64,000 nucleotides of DNA, from contig JBGPKU010000007.1 of NCBI GenBank assembly GCA_041486085.1, positions 14,630 through 78,629 on the forward strand, written 5' to 3'. The notes under the pieces were generated by a model. The model did not search any database, was not told where the DNA came from, and saw nothing but the letters and a program-made list of their open reading frames with translations. The number at the start of each line of letters is the position of its first letter. Positions within the stretch are counted from its first letter, which is position 1. The translations under genes were made by a program, and so were the position numbers. This stretch comes from Candidatus Limnocylindria bacterium (GTDB lineage Bacteria; Chloroflexota; Limnocylindria; P2-11E). Shown piece after piece: positions 1-9,773 of this stretch.

Positions 1-1
1 C

Positions 2-1051
2 GCGAGAGAGATCGCCGAGGTGCACAAGCGCCAGGGCGGCGCCGTGAGCTTCGAGGACCTTGCCTCGTATCACGTGACCGTCGAAGCGCCGGTCCATACG
101 ACCTATCGTGGGATCGACGTCTACGCCTGCGGGCCGTGGTCCCAGGGCCCGCTCGTCCCGATGACGCTCAACCTGCTCGAGGCGTACGACATCGCCTCGC
201 TCGGGCCCGGATCGCTGCCGTACCTGCACCGCTACACCGAGGCCTTCAAGCTCGCGGCCGCCGACCGCGAGGGCTTCTTCGGCGACCCGGATCAGGTGGA
301 CGTGCCGATCCGCGGTCTGCTCGACAAGGGCTACGCCGACGAGCGCCGAACGATGATCCGTGACGATCGGGCGTGGCCAGAGCTGCCTGAGCCAGGGAAT
401 CCATGGCGTTATGAGGGACGGTCGGGCCCATTTGGATACCGCCCGCGCGTGGCCGAGGGCGTGGGCGCGCCGGACACCTCGTACTGCTGCGCCATGGACG
501 CCGATGGCAGCGCGTTCTCCGCCACCCCGTCGGATCCGGGTCTGGGCGCCCCGCTCGTCGATGGCCTCGGGATCATCGTGAGCACGCGCGGCGCGCAGCT
601 CTGGACGACGCCGGGCCATCCGTCCGCGATCGCGCCCCGCAAGCGGCCGCGTCTCACGCCGAACCCAGCCCTGCTGATGAAGGACGGCCGCGCGCTCATG
701 CCGTTCGGCTGCCCGGGCGAGGACGCGCAGTGCCAGGCGATGATCCAGACCGTCTGCAACATCGTCGACTTCGGCATGAACACGCAGGCGGCGATCGAAG
801 CGCCGCGCGTCATCTCGCGCTCGTTCCCGTGGACGTTCCACCCGCACGCCTACGAGCCCGGCGTGCTCACGGTCGAAGGGCGGATCGCGCGCGCCGTGCG
901 CGACGGCCTCGCGCGGCTCGGTCACGTGGTGCGCGACCTGCCCGACTTCACGCCGGCCGCGGCGGGAATGTGCGCGATCCGGGAGCTCGAACCCGGAACG
1001 CTCGAGGGCGGCGCCGATCCCCGGCGCGAGTCCTACGTGATCGGATGGTGA
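2..1051 (+). CDS. gamma-glutamyltransferase family protein, C-terminal part (5' end outside window)
   Basis: The frame is open to the window edge, and the track ORF 20..1051 starts at an internal GTG. GGT-family motifs are present: 'APDTSYCCAMDADG' (nucleophile Thr region), 'ATPSDPG' and 'MPFGCPGEDAQCQAMIQ'. Confidence 0.75.
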   Translation, partial: AREIAEVHKRQGGAVSFEDLASYHVTVEAPVHTTYRGIDVYACGPWSQGPLVPMTLNLLEAYDIASLGPGSLPYLHRYTEAFKLAAADREGFFGDPDQVDVPIRGLLDKGYADERRTMIRDDRAWPELPEPGNPWRYEGRSGPFGYRPRVAEGVGAPDTSYCCAMDADGSAFSATPSDPGLGAPLVDGLGIIVSTRGAQLWTTPGHPSAIAPRKRPRLTPNPALLMKDGRALMPFGCPGEDAQCQAMIQTVCNIVDFGMNTQAAIEAPRVISRSFPWTFHPHAYEPGVLTVEGRIARAVRDGLARLGHVVRDLPDFTPAAAGMCAIRELEPGTLEGGADPRRESYVIGW

Positions 1052-1440
1052 GCGAGCGTCGCGTCACGGGGATCGGCGGCGTCTTCTTCAAGGCGCGGGA
1101 TCAGGCGAGCCTTGGAGCGTGGTATCGGCGGCATCTCGGGATCCCGGTCGAGGACGGTGGCTGGGCGGTATTCCCGTGGCAGGAGAGCGGCGACCCGACG
1201 CGGCCCGGCACGACGGTGTGGGCGGTGTTCGAGGACGGCACGGACTACTTCGGATCCGGAGCCCAACGCGCGATGATCAACTACCGCGTCGCGGATCTGG
1301 ACGCGGTGCTCGCGGCGCTTCGCAGTGAGGGCGTGACGGTCGACGAGCGCGTCGAAGCCACGCCGGACGTTCGCTTCGGCTGGATCACCGATCCCGAGGG
1401 AAATCGCATCGAGCTGTGGCAACCGCCGGCGGACCGCTGA
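1045..1440 (+). CDS. VOC (glyoxalase/bleomycin-resistance fold) family protein
   Basis: The ATG at 1045 overlaps the upstream stop (ATGGTGA). The 131-aa product has 'GIGGVFFKARD' and 'GWITDPEGNRIELWQ', typical of the VOC fold. The N-terminal 105 aa of track ORF 730..1440 are out-of-frame readthrough of the GGT gene. Confidence 0.75.
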   Translation: MVSERRVTGIGGVFFKARDQASLGAWYRRHLGIPVEDGGWAVFPWQESGDPTRPGTTVWAVFEDGTDYFGSGAQRAMINYRVADLDAVLAALRSEGVTVDERVEATPDVRFGWITDPEGNRIELWQPPADR

Positions 1441-2603
1441 CCGTGACCGATGAGGAGGGTCGGTGGCGGGACGAGTTCCCGATCACAAAAGACCTCGTCT
1501 ACCTGAACAACTGCTCGCTCACGCCGCTGCCCAAGCGCGGCCGGGAGCGCATCGAGCGGTTCGCGCGCGAATGGACCGAGCTCGGCGGCCGTGCCTGGTA
1601 CGACCACTGGATCGGCGAGTACGAGGCCCTGCGCGCGGACATCGCGCGTGTGCTCGGAGCCGCCGTCGACGAGGTCGCCATCGAGCCGAACGTCTCAGCC
1701 GGACTCGTCGGCGTCGCGAGCACCTTCGACTACACCAACCGGCCGAAGGTCATCGTCTCCGATCTCGACTTCCCGACGGATGGGCACGCCTTCCTCGCCG
1801 TCGCGCAGCGCGGGGCGCAGGTGCAGTTCGTCCGCAGCCCGGATCGCGTCCGGATACCGCTCGAGCTGTTCGAGAGCGCCGTCGACCATCACACCGCCGC
1901 CGTCTGCACCGGTCACGTGTATTTCACGACCGGCTGGATCCAGGACGTGAAGGCGCTGGCCGAGATCTGCCACCGCAAGGGCGCGAAGCTCGTCGTCGAC
2001 GCGTACCAATCCATCGGCGCCTTCCCATTCGACGTTCGCACGAGCGGCGTGGACTACCTGGTCGGCGGGACGCTCAAGTGGCTGATGGGCGGACCCGGCA
2101 TCGCGTTCCTCTACGCGCGGCGCGAGATCGCCGACGCCGCGCACCCATCCGCGGTCGGCTGGTGGGGTGTGGCCGATCCGTTCGCGTTCGACGTCGAGCA
2201 CCTCGAGCCCGGGAAGGGCGCGCGGCGCTTCGAGTACGGCACGCCGGCGGTGGCGGCGATCTACGCGGCGCGGGCCGGCATCGCGCTCCTCGACGAGATC
2301 GGCATCGAGACCGTGCGCGAGCGCCACATGCTGCTGTCGCAGCGCCTCGTCGACGGCGCCCGCGCACAGGGGTGGACGGTGCGCTGTCCGATCGACGCGC
2401 GTGAACGAACGGCCATCGTCACGCTCGAGCATCCCGAGCCGCAGCGCGCGGTGGACGAGCTTCGGGCGCAGGGTCTCATCTGCGACAGCCGTCCGGGGCT
2501 CATTCGCCTCTCACCGCACTACTTCAACACGCAGGACGAGATGTATCGCGCCCTCGAGCTCCTCGCGCCGCAGCGCCGAGCCGCGGTGGCGGCGACCACC
2601 TGA
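1416..2603 (+). CDS. aminotransferase class V-fold PLP-dependent enzyme
   Basis: 395-aa ORF with 'VYLNNCSLTP', 'VVDAYQSIGAFPFDV' and 'GGTLKWLMGGPG' (probable PLP lysine). An alternative GTG start lies at 1443, just after the VOC stop. Confidence 0.8.
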   Translation: MATAGGPLTVTDEEGRWRDEFPITKDLVYLNNCSLTPLPKRGRERIERFAREWTELGGRAWYDHWIGEYEALRADIARVLGAAVDEVAIEPNVSAGLVGVASTFDYTNRPKVIVSDLDFPTDGHAFLAVAQRGAQVQFVRSPDRVRIPLELFESAVDHHTAAVCTGHVYFTTGWIQDVKALAEICHRKGAKLVVDAYQSIGAFPFDVRTSGVDYLVGGTLKWLMGGPGIAFLYARREIADAAHPSAVGWWGVADPFAFDVEHLEPGKGARRFEYGTPAVAAIYAARAGIALLDEIGIETVRERHMLLSQRLVDGARAQGWTVRCPIDARERTAIVTLEHPEPQRAVDELRAQGLICDSRPGLIRLSPHYFNTQDEMYRALELLAPQRRAAVAATT

Positions 2604-2635
2604 CGCATAACGGCCGGCGCCTTCTGGCGTGGGTC

Positions 2636-3271
2636 GTGGTCGTGGGCCTCCTGTCGGCCATCGGCTACTCCGCCCGCTTCCTGGATACGTCGCCGACGCC
2701 GCCCGATGTGCTCTTTCGCTGGTCGACCGCGATCGGCACGTTCGTCATCGACGGCATCCTGCTGCTCTTCATGCTGCTCATCGCCCGCGGCCTTTCGCTT
2801 CGGGACGCGTTCGCCGTCCGGCATCCGGCCTCGTGGTCGCAGGCCCTGCGCATCGGCGGGGCCGTCCTGGTCGCGATCTGGGCCACCTCGCTGGTGCTCG
2901 AGCTCACCGTCGGTCACGCGGTGCGCGAGCAGGCGGTCCCGCAGTACTGGGACGCCACCCGCCTCCCGGCGTTCGTTGTGAACGCTTTCGCCATCGCGCT
3001 CTTCGTGCCGATCGTCGAGGAGTCTCTCTGCCGCGGCCTCGGCTACGCGCTGCTGGAGAAATGGGGGCAGCCTGTCGCGATCGGGGGCACCGCGGTCGCG
3101 TTCGCGCTCGCGCACGGCGCGGTGCTCGACCTGCCGTGGGTCCTCGTCACCGGCCTTGGCCTGGGCTACCTGCGCGCGCGGACCGGAAGCCTCTATCCGT
3201 GCGTCGCGCTTCACGCGACGGTGAACGGGATCGCGGTGCTCGCATCGGCGCTCATCGCGCGCGGAGGCTAG
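2636..3271 (+). CDS. CPBP family intramembrane glutamic endopeptidase (CAAX protease-like)
   Basis: Multiple hydrophobic segments plus the three CPBP motifs 'EESLCRGLG', 'FALAHG' and 'LHATVNG'. Confidence 0.75.
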   Translation: MVVGLLSAIGYSARFLDTSPTPPDVLFRWSTAIGTFVIDGILLLFMLLIARGLSLRDAFAVRHPASWSQALRIGGAVLVAIWATSLVLELTVGHAVREQAVPQYWDATRLPAFVVNAFAIALFVPIVEESLCRGLGYALLEKWGQPVAIGGTAVAFALAHGAVLDLPWVLVTGLGLGYLRARTGSLYPCVALHATVNGIAVLASALIARGG

Positions 3272-3609
3272 GCCTCGCGGAGCGAGCGCACCGCGTCGCG
3301 CAGGTCTCCTTCGAGGTCGGTCGCCGCCCTGCCGCTCGCGAGACTCTCGCCCGCGATCACGAGCGAGCGCAGCTCGGCGTAGGGGAGGAGCGGGTCCGCA
3401 AGGTTGCGGTCGTCGTGATCCAGACCGTCTTCCTCCTTCAGCCGCCGGCGAACTTCGACCCACCGAACGATGGTGTCGCGATCGGCGGCGGGGAGCCGCG
3501 CATAGACCGCCGGGTCGTTCAGCGCCTCTCGATAGGGCAGGAGAGCGCGCCGCTCGGTCCCGCGCGGGTGCTCGCGGGCGAGGGCCAGATCCCGTTCGCC
3601 GATATCCAT
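3268..3609 (-). CDS. hypothetical protein
   Basis: 113-aa ORF with an ATG start and ordinary amino-acid composition, convergent with the CPBP gene (4-nt overlap). I recognise no family. Confidence 0.5.
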   Translation of the reverse strand: MDIGERDLALAREHPRGTERRALLPYREALNDPAVYARLPAADRDTIVRWVEVRRRLKEEDGLDHDDRNLADPLLPYAELRSLVIAGESLASGRAATDLEGDLRDAVRSLREA

Positions 3610-3709
3610 TCGGCCATGCTAGGCAGGGCTAGACTCACTCGGACGCCGACTTTCGGGTTCGGGTTCCACGACCCGCGAAGACGGCGGTTTTTGTGAGGAA
3701 GAGGGACAG

Positions 3710-4810
3710 ATGAGGCAGATCGACAAGGCATACGACCGGCGCACGTTCCTGAAGCTTGCGGGAGCCACCGCGGCAATCGCCGCATGCGGCGGAGCCACCG
3801 TCGCACCATCGCCGACGGTATCGGCCGCGGGCACGACGGCGGCCACCGCGGCCGCGACCGCGGCGCCCGTGACCGGGACGATCTCCGTCTACTCGGCGCT
3901 CAACGAGTCGACGAACAACGAGTTCTTCGGCGCGTTCAAGAAGGCGTTCCCGAACGTCACGGTGAACGTCCTGCCGCTGGCCGCGGCGGGGGAGCTGCAG
4001 ACACGCATCCGCACCGAGAAAGCCAGCCCGAAGGCCGACATCTTCATCGGCGGCTCGAGCGAGTTCCACGATCCGCTGGGCAAGGAAGGCCTCCTCGAGG
4101 CCTACATCGCGCCGAACGCGAAGGACATCGACGCGAAGTTCAAGGAGGCCACCGGCCTGTGGACCGGCTGGTACACCGGCATCTTCGGGTTCATCTCGAA
4201 CAACGACCGGCTTAGCAAGGAGATCGGTGGCAAGAAGCCCGCGACGTGGGATGACCTGCTCGACAAGGCATGGGAGAAAAAGCTCGTCCTCCCCGATCCG
4301 GTGAAGACCGGCGGCGGCTACATCTTCATCGCCACGCAGATCTTCCGCTTCAACAAGGACGAGGCGAAGGCCATGGCCTACATGAAGAGCCTCCACGCGA
4401 ACGTCGCGCAGTACGTGCCAACGTCGCCGGGTGCGCTCACACTCATCGATCAAGGCCAGTTCGTGGGGTGCCCGAACTGGGTGCACGACATCCTGACCGA
4501 GAAGAACAAGGGAAACCCTGTGGACGTCAATGTGCCGACGGACACCGGCTTCGAGGTCGGCGCCGTGAGCATCGTGAAGGGGACGAAGAGCCTCGCCGCG
4601 GCGCAGGCCTTTGTGAACTGGTCCATCACCAAGGAAGCCGGCGAGCTCAACGTCAAGCTGAGCAACCGCGGCTCGGTCCGAGCCGACGTGGCACCGGCGG
4701 CCGGGACCCCGAAGCTCTCCGATGTGAAGCTCGTGAACTACGACCGTCAGTGGGCGACGGACAACAAGGACCGCCTCCTGAAGCTTTGGCAGCAGACGGT
4801 GGGTCTCTAG
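3710..4810 (+). CDS. ABC transporter substrate-binding lipoprotein (family 1, Fe(III)/AfuA-like)
   Basis: Tat-like 'RRTFLKLAG' followed by lipobox 'AAIAAC'. An RBS-like GAGGAAGAGGGA lies upstream, and the cognate permease and ATPase follow. Confidence 0.85.
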   Translation: MRQIDKAYDRRTFLKLAGATAAIAACGGATVAPSPTVSAAGTTAATAAATAAPVTGTISVYSALNESTNNEFFGAFKKAFPNVTVNVLPLAAAGELQTRIRTEKASPKADIFIGGSSEFHDPLGKEGLLEAYIAPNAKDIDAKFKEATGLWTGWYTGIFGFISNNDRLSKEIGGKKPATWDDLLDKAWEKKLVLPDPVKTGGGYIFIATQIFRFNKDEAKAMAYMKSLHANVAQYVPTSPGALTLIDQGQFVGCPNWVHDILTEKNKGNPVDVNVPTDTGFEVGAVSIVKGTKSLAAAQAFVNWSITKEAGELNVKLSNRGSVRADVAPAAGTPKLSDVKLVNYDRQWATDNKDRLLKLWQQTVGL

Positions 4811-4835
4811 CGGGTACCGCGATCTGAACTAGACG

Positions 4836-6455
4836 ATGCGCAGCTTGCAGCGCGAGCCGGGTGTCCTGCTCGCGCTGCTTGCTGTGATCGGTCTGGTGGC
4901 GCTGTTCATCGTCTACCCGCAACTCCGCGTCATCGCGACGCCAGGCACCGGGTACATCGATTTCATCAGCGGCGGCACCTGGGTCCGCTCGACCTGGCAA
5001 TCGATCCAGGTCATGGTCCTCTCGACGACGACCGCGGTGCTGCTCGGCTTCGTGTTCGCGTACGGGATGGTCTACACGAACATGCCCTGGAAGCGGTTCT
5101 TCCGGGTCATCGGCATTCTGCCGCTGCTCTCGCCGCCGTTCGTCGTGGCGGCGGCCTACGTCATCCTGTTCGGCCCGCGCGGACTCATCTCGTACGGAGT
5201 CTTCGGACAGACGCTGAATATCTTCGGGCTCGGTGGCATCTGGGGGGTTCAGACGATCGCGTTCTTCCCGTTCGCGTACCAGCTGATCGCCGACGTTCTG
5301 TCACGCAGCGACGCTCGGCTCGAGCAGGCCGCGCGCAACCTCGGAGCCGGTCCCTGGCAGGTCTTCCGGACCGTGACGCTGCCGCTGTCGCGTCCGGGCC
5401 TCGGCGCGGCGATCCTCACGACGGCGATCTACGTGCTCGAGGACTTCGGCAACCCCGCCCTCATCGGCGGGACGTACACCGTGCTGCCCACTCAGGCGTA
5501 CGGCTTGATCAGCGGCTTCGGCGACCTCCCCGGGGCGACCGCGGTGAGCACGCTCCTCCTCGCCCTCGCGCTCATCCTCTACGTCGCGAAGATTCGCCTC
5601 GACGGCGGCCGTTCTTTCGTCACTGTGAGCGGGCGAGCATCGTCAATGCCGCGGCCGCCGGTGCCCGTGGCGCTGACCTTGACTTGCTTTGTCGCGTGCC
5701 TTCTGCTCTCGGTCGTCATCCTCACGGTTTACGGATCGCTGCTCGTCTCGGCGGTCACGCTGAACTTCCCGATGGTCCTGACGCCGACGATGCAGCACTT
5801 CGAATACATCACCACCGGCACGAATGGCACGGCGCTGCAGAACACGCTCGTCTTCGGCTTGGTGGCCGCTGCCTTCTCGGCCATCTTCGCCCTCGTCGCT
5901 GGGTGGCTCGTGGAGCGTGGCAGCTGGGCTGGCCGGGGCGTGCTTGATTTCCTGCTCATCATGCCGGCCGCGATCCCCGGCCTCTTCTTTGGGATCGGCT
6001 ACGCGACCGCCTTCAACGAGCCCTGGCTGGATTGGCTCGACCGCGGTGTGCTCATCATCATCTCGATGATCTTCTGGAACATCCCGGTCGGATATCAAGC
6101 GGCGGTCGCGGGCCTGCGTCAGATCGATCGCACGATGGACGAGGCCGCGACGAGCCTCGGTGCGTCGAGCCTGCGTGGATTCCGCGACGTGCTCATGCCG
6201 ATGCTCGGAGGGTCGCTCCGAGTCGGGTTCGTGACGACGTTCGTGCGCGCCGTGACCACGCTCTCGGTCGTCATCTTCCTGTTCACGCCGAGCAGCACCG
6301 TTGCCACGATCAGGATCTTCCAGCTGGTGAACGACCTGAACTTCGGTCGCGCGACCGCGTTCACGGTCGCCGACATCAGCATGGCTATGCTCGCGCTCGG
6401 CGCGTTCGCCGTGCTCGCACGAGGACGCGTCGCGCTTGGAGCGGCCCGTGCGTAG
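4836..6455 (+). CDS. ABC transporter permease (two fused MetI-like domains, FbpB/AfuB type)
   Basis: 539 aa and highly hydrophobic, with two EAA-loop copies: 'EQAARNLGAGPWQVFRTVTLP' and 'DEAATSLGASSLRGFRDVLMP'. Confidence 0.85.
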   Translation: MRSLQREPGVLLALLAVIGLVALFIVYPQLRVIATPGTGYIDFISGGTWVRSTWQSIQVMVLSTTTAVLLGFVFAYGMVYTNMPWKRFFRVIGILPLLSPPFVVAAAYVILFGPRGLISYGVFGQTLNIFGLGGIWGVQTIAFFPFAYQLIADVLSRSDARLEQAARNLGAGPWQVFRTVTLPLSRPGLGAAILTTAIYVLEDFGNPALIGGTYTVLPTQAYGLISGFGDLPGATAVSTLLLALALILYVAKIRLDGGRSFVTVSGRASSMPRPPVPVALTLTCFVACLLLSVVILTVYGSLLVSAVTLNFPMVLTPTMQHFEYITTGTNGTALQNTLVFGLVAAAFSAIFALVAGWLVERGSWAGRGVLDFLLIMPAAIPGLFFGIGYATAFNEPWLDWLDRGVLIIISMIFWNIPVGYQAAVAGLRQIDRTMDEAATSLGASSLRGFRDVLMPMLGGSLRVGFVTTFVRAVTTLSVVIFLFTPSSTVATIRIFQLVNDLNFGRATAFTVADISMAMLALGAFAVLARGRVALGAARA

Positions 6456-7557
6456 ACAGCCAGACCGAGCCGCAGGCGGCTGGGGCGAGGTCCACCTCAG
6501 GCTCGACAACGTCACGAAGAAGTTCGGCGAGACGACCGCGGTCGACGACATCTCGTTCGAGATCCCGCGCGGCGCGTTCGCGACACTCCTGGGTCCGTCC
6601 GGCTGCGGCAAGACGACGACGCTGCGCATGATCGCCGGGTTCTACGACCCGGATCGGGGCGACATCGTCCTCGGTGGGCGCCGAATCAACGAGCTGCCCG
6701 CGCACCGTCGCGGCACGGCCATGGTCTTCCAGGACTACGCCCTGTTCCCGCACATGACGGTTCGTGACAACGTGGGCTACGGCCTCCGCGTCGCCGGTGT
6801 GGCGAAGGAAGATCGTGACCGGCGCGTGGACGAGACCCTCGAGTTCGTGGGTCTCGGCAAGCTCGGCGACCGCTGGCCAAATCAACTATCAGGAGGGCAA
6901 CAACAACGAGTGGCCGTCGGGCGGGCGCTCGTCCTTCGCCCAGAGGTGCTTCTTCTGGACGAGCCGCTGTCGAACCTCGACGCCAAGCTTCGCGTGCAGC
7001 TGCGCTGGGAGCTGCGCAGCCTTCAGCAGCAGCTCGGGATGACCTTCGTCTACGTGACCCACGATCAGGACGAGGCGCTCTCGCTCTCGGACTGGATCGC
7101 CGTGATGAACGCGGGCAAGGTCGAGCAGCACGGCACGCCGCTCGAGATCTACTACCGCCCGCGCACGTCGTTCCTCGCCGACTTCGTCGGCGCGGTGAAC
7201 CTCGTGCCCGGGACCGTGCGCGAAGTGCGCGGGGACGAGGTGGTGGTCGCGTTCGGCGAGCGCGCCGTCACGGTGCGCAGGCCGAGCGGCCTCGACCTGG
7301 CCGCCGGGCGCGCCGTCCGCCTCTGCGTCCGTCCCGAGGCGCTCACGCTCCGTCCGCCCTCCGCGGACACCGACGGTGTCCGCCTGCCGGGCGTCGTCGC
7401 GCGCCGTGCGTTCCTGGGGGACCTCATGCGGTACTGGGTGACCGTGGATGGTCGCGAGTGGATCGTCGATCAACCCGATCCGGGTGCCGCCGCCGACTTC
7501 GACGGTCCGGTGACCGTTGCGGTGAAGCCCGAGCGCATCCATGTCATTGCGGAGTAA
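6436..7557 (+). CDS. ABC transporter ATP-binding protein (FbpC/PotA-like)
   Basis: Walker A 'GPSGCGKTT', signature 'LSGGQQQRVAVGRAL', Walker B 'LLLDEP', and a C-terminal TOBE-like region. The start is TTG 6436 or GTG 6448, overlapping the permease end. Confidence 0.9.
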   Translation: MERPVRRQPDRAAGGWGEVHLRLDNVTKKFGETTAVDDISFEIPRGAFATLLGPSGCGKTTTLRMIAGFYDPDRGDIVLGGRRINELPAHRRGTAMVFQDYALFPHMTVRDNVGYGLRVAGVAKEDRDRRVDETLEFVGLGKLGDRWPNQLSGGQQQRVAVGRALVLRPEVLLLDEPLSNLDAKLRVQLRWELRSLQQQLGMTFVYVTHDQDEALSLSDWIAVMNAGKVEQHGTPLEIYYRPRTSFLADFVGAVNLVPGTVREVRGDEVVVAFGERAVTVRRPSGLDLAAGRAVRLCVRPEALTLRPPSADTDGVRLPGVVARRAFLGDLMRYWVTVDGREWIVDQPDPGAAADFDGPVTVAVKPERIHVIAE

Positions 7558-7581
7558 AGGGCTCGCGAATGGGCTGATGTG

Positions 7582-7610
7582 CGGAGGGGGCGCGCTGCGC
7601 GCCCCCTCCG
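7582..7610. terminator. bidirectional stem-loop between convergent genes
   Basis: Perfect 13-bp GC-rich stem CGGAGGGGGCGCG / CGCGCCCCCTCCG with a 3-nt loop, lying between the ABC ATPase stop (7557) and the peroxidase stop (7623). There is no clear U-tract. Confidence 0.5.
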
Positions 7611-7622
7611 TCACGTTGGTCG

Positions 7623-9539
7623 CTAGTCGCCCGCGAACTTGAAGACGTTCGCCGGCAGGGTGACGCCGGTGTTCAGCTTGACGATCTCCGCGAGCGTGTG
7701 CCGGTAGTCGATGCCGAATTGCAGGTCGATGACTCGGAGGACGGGATCGTTCCGGTAGAAGAACCGGTCACCGTCACGTAGGGCCTCGAACTGCTTCTTC
7801 CACATCGCGAGCTGGAGCTCGCCGAACTCGGTTCCGGGCACGTGACGCTCCGCAACCATGCCCACGAACGCGTCGAGGTTGTCGACGCTCCTGTAGACGG
7901 CCTTGAGGCGTGCCGCCAGGGTCGTCCGCCGTACACCGACGATCGCGCCCTCACTCGCTTCGGGAGTGCCGAAGGGGATGACGCTTCCGTGGCCGTCGCG
8001 AAGCTCGAGGAAGTCGAGGATGTTCGGGTCGTTGATCGGGTCGTTCGCATCGATCACGCGTTCGGCCGGGAACCGCTGCGTGGCCTCGCCGGTGATGTCC
8101 GTGAATGAAGTCTTTGGGGCGAGCCCATACGCCCGCCGCAGGTCGTTGTAATCCGGCATGCCGTGGTCTCGGCCGCGTGCGATGTCGATCGCGCCGAGAT
8201 CCGTCACACCCTTGAAGCACTCGGGGTGATCCACCGGTTCTCCGCAGACGGTCGGGTCGGGTATCCCCGGCTTCGGGACCTGGAACAGGACGCTGCGAAG
8301 AGCGTTGTCCATCTGCTCGTCGTTCTTGTACTGACGCTCTCCCAGGCTCCCCAGCACGGTGCCGAGGCCGACCTGCCGCAACAGATCGGGGGCGCCGAAC
8401 GCCGCGTTCAACGGGATCGTGAGCAGGACTTCGTCGGCCGTGGTGGTCACCGCGATGCCGCGGGCGGCGAATGAGGCGAGCTGGCCGGCGGTGTACCTGC
8501 CGAGCGGCGCGGCGGCGTCGAATTCTCCATGGATCATGCTGTGCGCGCGGTAGCCGACGACCGCGAACTCGTTCGAGAGTCCCGGGTTCACCTTCGGGTC
8601 GTAGCCGTCGTACGGGCTGAGACGCAGCCCGACCGCGGGCAGGAACTGCGTGTAGGTGATGTACTCCAGCTCGGCGCCGACGACGCGCCGAGCGATCTGA
8701 AAGCGCTCTTCCGCCGAGAGTCGATCGGGAAGCGCGGCGACGATGCGGTTGTGCTCCCGAGCGAAGAGCGTGTGCAACGCCGTAAGGGCGATGTTCTCGT
8801 TCGCGCGGACATCGCCGGCGACGACGGCCTTGTCGGGCGCGCCTTGCAGCGGGCCCATCAGGTCCATCGCCGGAGCCGAGGCGGCGTCGCCACGCGCGGT
8901 GACGCGCGGCAGGTAGCCGTCGGCCGTGAGCATGAGACGGGCGCCGTTGTTGCCGAGGTCGTTGTCGACCGGGCCGACGCGCAGCCACTCGAGCCGAGCC
9001 GAGCTCACGCCGTAGACGCCCGACGCGTCGATGAAGCTGCTGAGCGTGTTGACGTGCTGGCGCGGCGACGACACTCCTGTGCCCGGAGCCGCTGGCGTGC
9101 GGGCAAAGGACATGACGCCGAGGTCGTTGGTGAAGGTCTCGAGCGGATCGCTCGCGCTGAACGTGAGCGGCGCGCTCTCCAGTGCCCTCTCGTCGCGTAG
9201 ACCGAAGTCGTGGTCCATGAACTGTCCCCAGACCCAGGCCCACTGGGTCAAGGCGTTCTCTGAGAACAGGTTCTGGCCCGTGTCGTTGAAGACGCGGTTG
9301 CTCACGTAGCGCACGGACGGGCCGGGCACCACCGCGCCGACGCGATCGGCGTAGTTCGGCGAAGCAACACGCAGGTAGAGCGTGTTCGCACGGCCCCACT
9401 CAGGATGCAGCGGATTGTTGCCGTGGCCATCCAGTGTTCGAATGAAGAACGAGTTGGCCGAGGCTGGGGTCGACGTGACGGACAGCACGACGATCGTGAA
9501 CAGGAGCGCGAGCGCGGTGCAGAGTCTTGAACGGGACAT
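7623..9539 (-). CDS. secreted haem peroxidase, peroxidase-cyclooxygenase ('animal haem peroxidase') superfamily
   Basis: The ATG at 9539 is preceded by GGGAGGGTG. Signal peptide 'ALALLFTIVVLSVTSTPASA'; motifs 'WGQFMDHDFG', 'GDVRANENIALTALHTLFAREHNRI' and 'GYRAHSMIHGEF'. Confidence 0.8.
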   Translation of the reverse strand: MSRSRLCTALALLFTIVVLSVTSTPASANSFFIRTLDGHGNNPLHPEWGRANTLYLRVASPNYADRVGAVVPGPSVRYVSNRVFNDTGQNLFSENALTQWAWVWGQFMDHDFGLRDERALESAPLTFSASDPLETFTNDLGVMSFARTPAAPGTGVSSPRQHVNTLSSFIDASGVYGVSSARLEWLRVGPVDNDLGNNGARLMLTADGYLPRVTARGDAASAPAMDLMGPLQGAPDKAVVAGDVRANENIALTALHTLFAREHNRIVAALPDRLSAEERFQIARRVVGAELEYITYTQFLPAVGLRLSPYDGYDPKVNPGLSNEFAVVGYRAHSMIHGEFDAAAPLGRYTAGQLASFAARGIAVTTTADEVLLTIPLNAAFGAPDLLRQVGLGTVLGSLGERQYKNDEQMDNALRSVLFQVPKPGIPDPTVCGEPVDHPECFKGVTDLGAIDIARGRDHGMPDYNDLRRAYGLAPKTSFTDITGEATQRFPAERVIDANDPINDPNILDFLELRDGHGSVIPFGTPEASEGAIVGVRRTTLAARLKAVYRSVDNLDAFVGMVAERHVPGTEFGELQLAMWKKQFEALRDGDRFFYRNDPVLRVIDLQFGIDYRHTLAEIVKLNTGVTLPANVFKFAGD

Positions 9540-9773
9540 GACACCCTCCCGCCCCTTCCCCCCGCCATGGACGACCGAAGACGGTCGACCGAGCGCGACT
9601 CGCCGCACCTCCCTTCACGCGAGCGCAGCCGGGCCTCCGGACGTGGCCAATAACGGACCCGCCACGAAAGGGATACGTGGATAAGCCGCTTCGACCCCTT
9701 CGCAAATCGCAAGTGCGCGAAAGGCACGCGGCCTCACCATCGCTTGGCTGAACCGTGGCCTGTGGTCGGGTGG

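Noticed and set aside
3655-3690. Weak hairpin plus TTTTT upstream of the ABC substrate-binding gene (possible terminator or riboswitch platform)
   Set aside because: The stem is only about 4 bp (CCGC/GCGG), and I found no convincing conserved aptamer-like structure in the 100-nt spacer.
9676-9684. DnaA-box-like CGTGGATAA, and the idea that parAB marks a nearby oriC
   Set aside because: I noticed only a single 8/9 match to TGTGGATAA, far from parAB. The window has no cluster of boxes, no AT-rich unwinding element, and no dnaA, dnaN, gidA or gidB.
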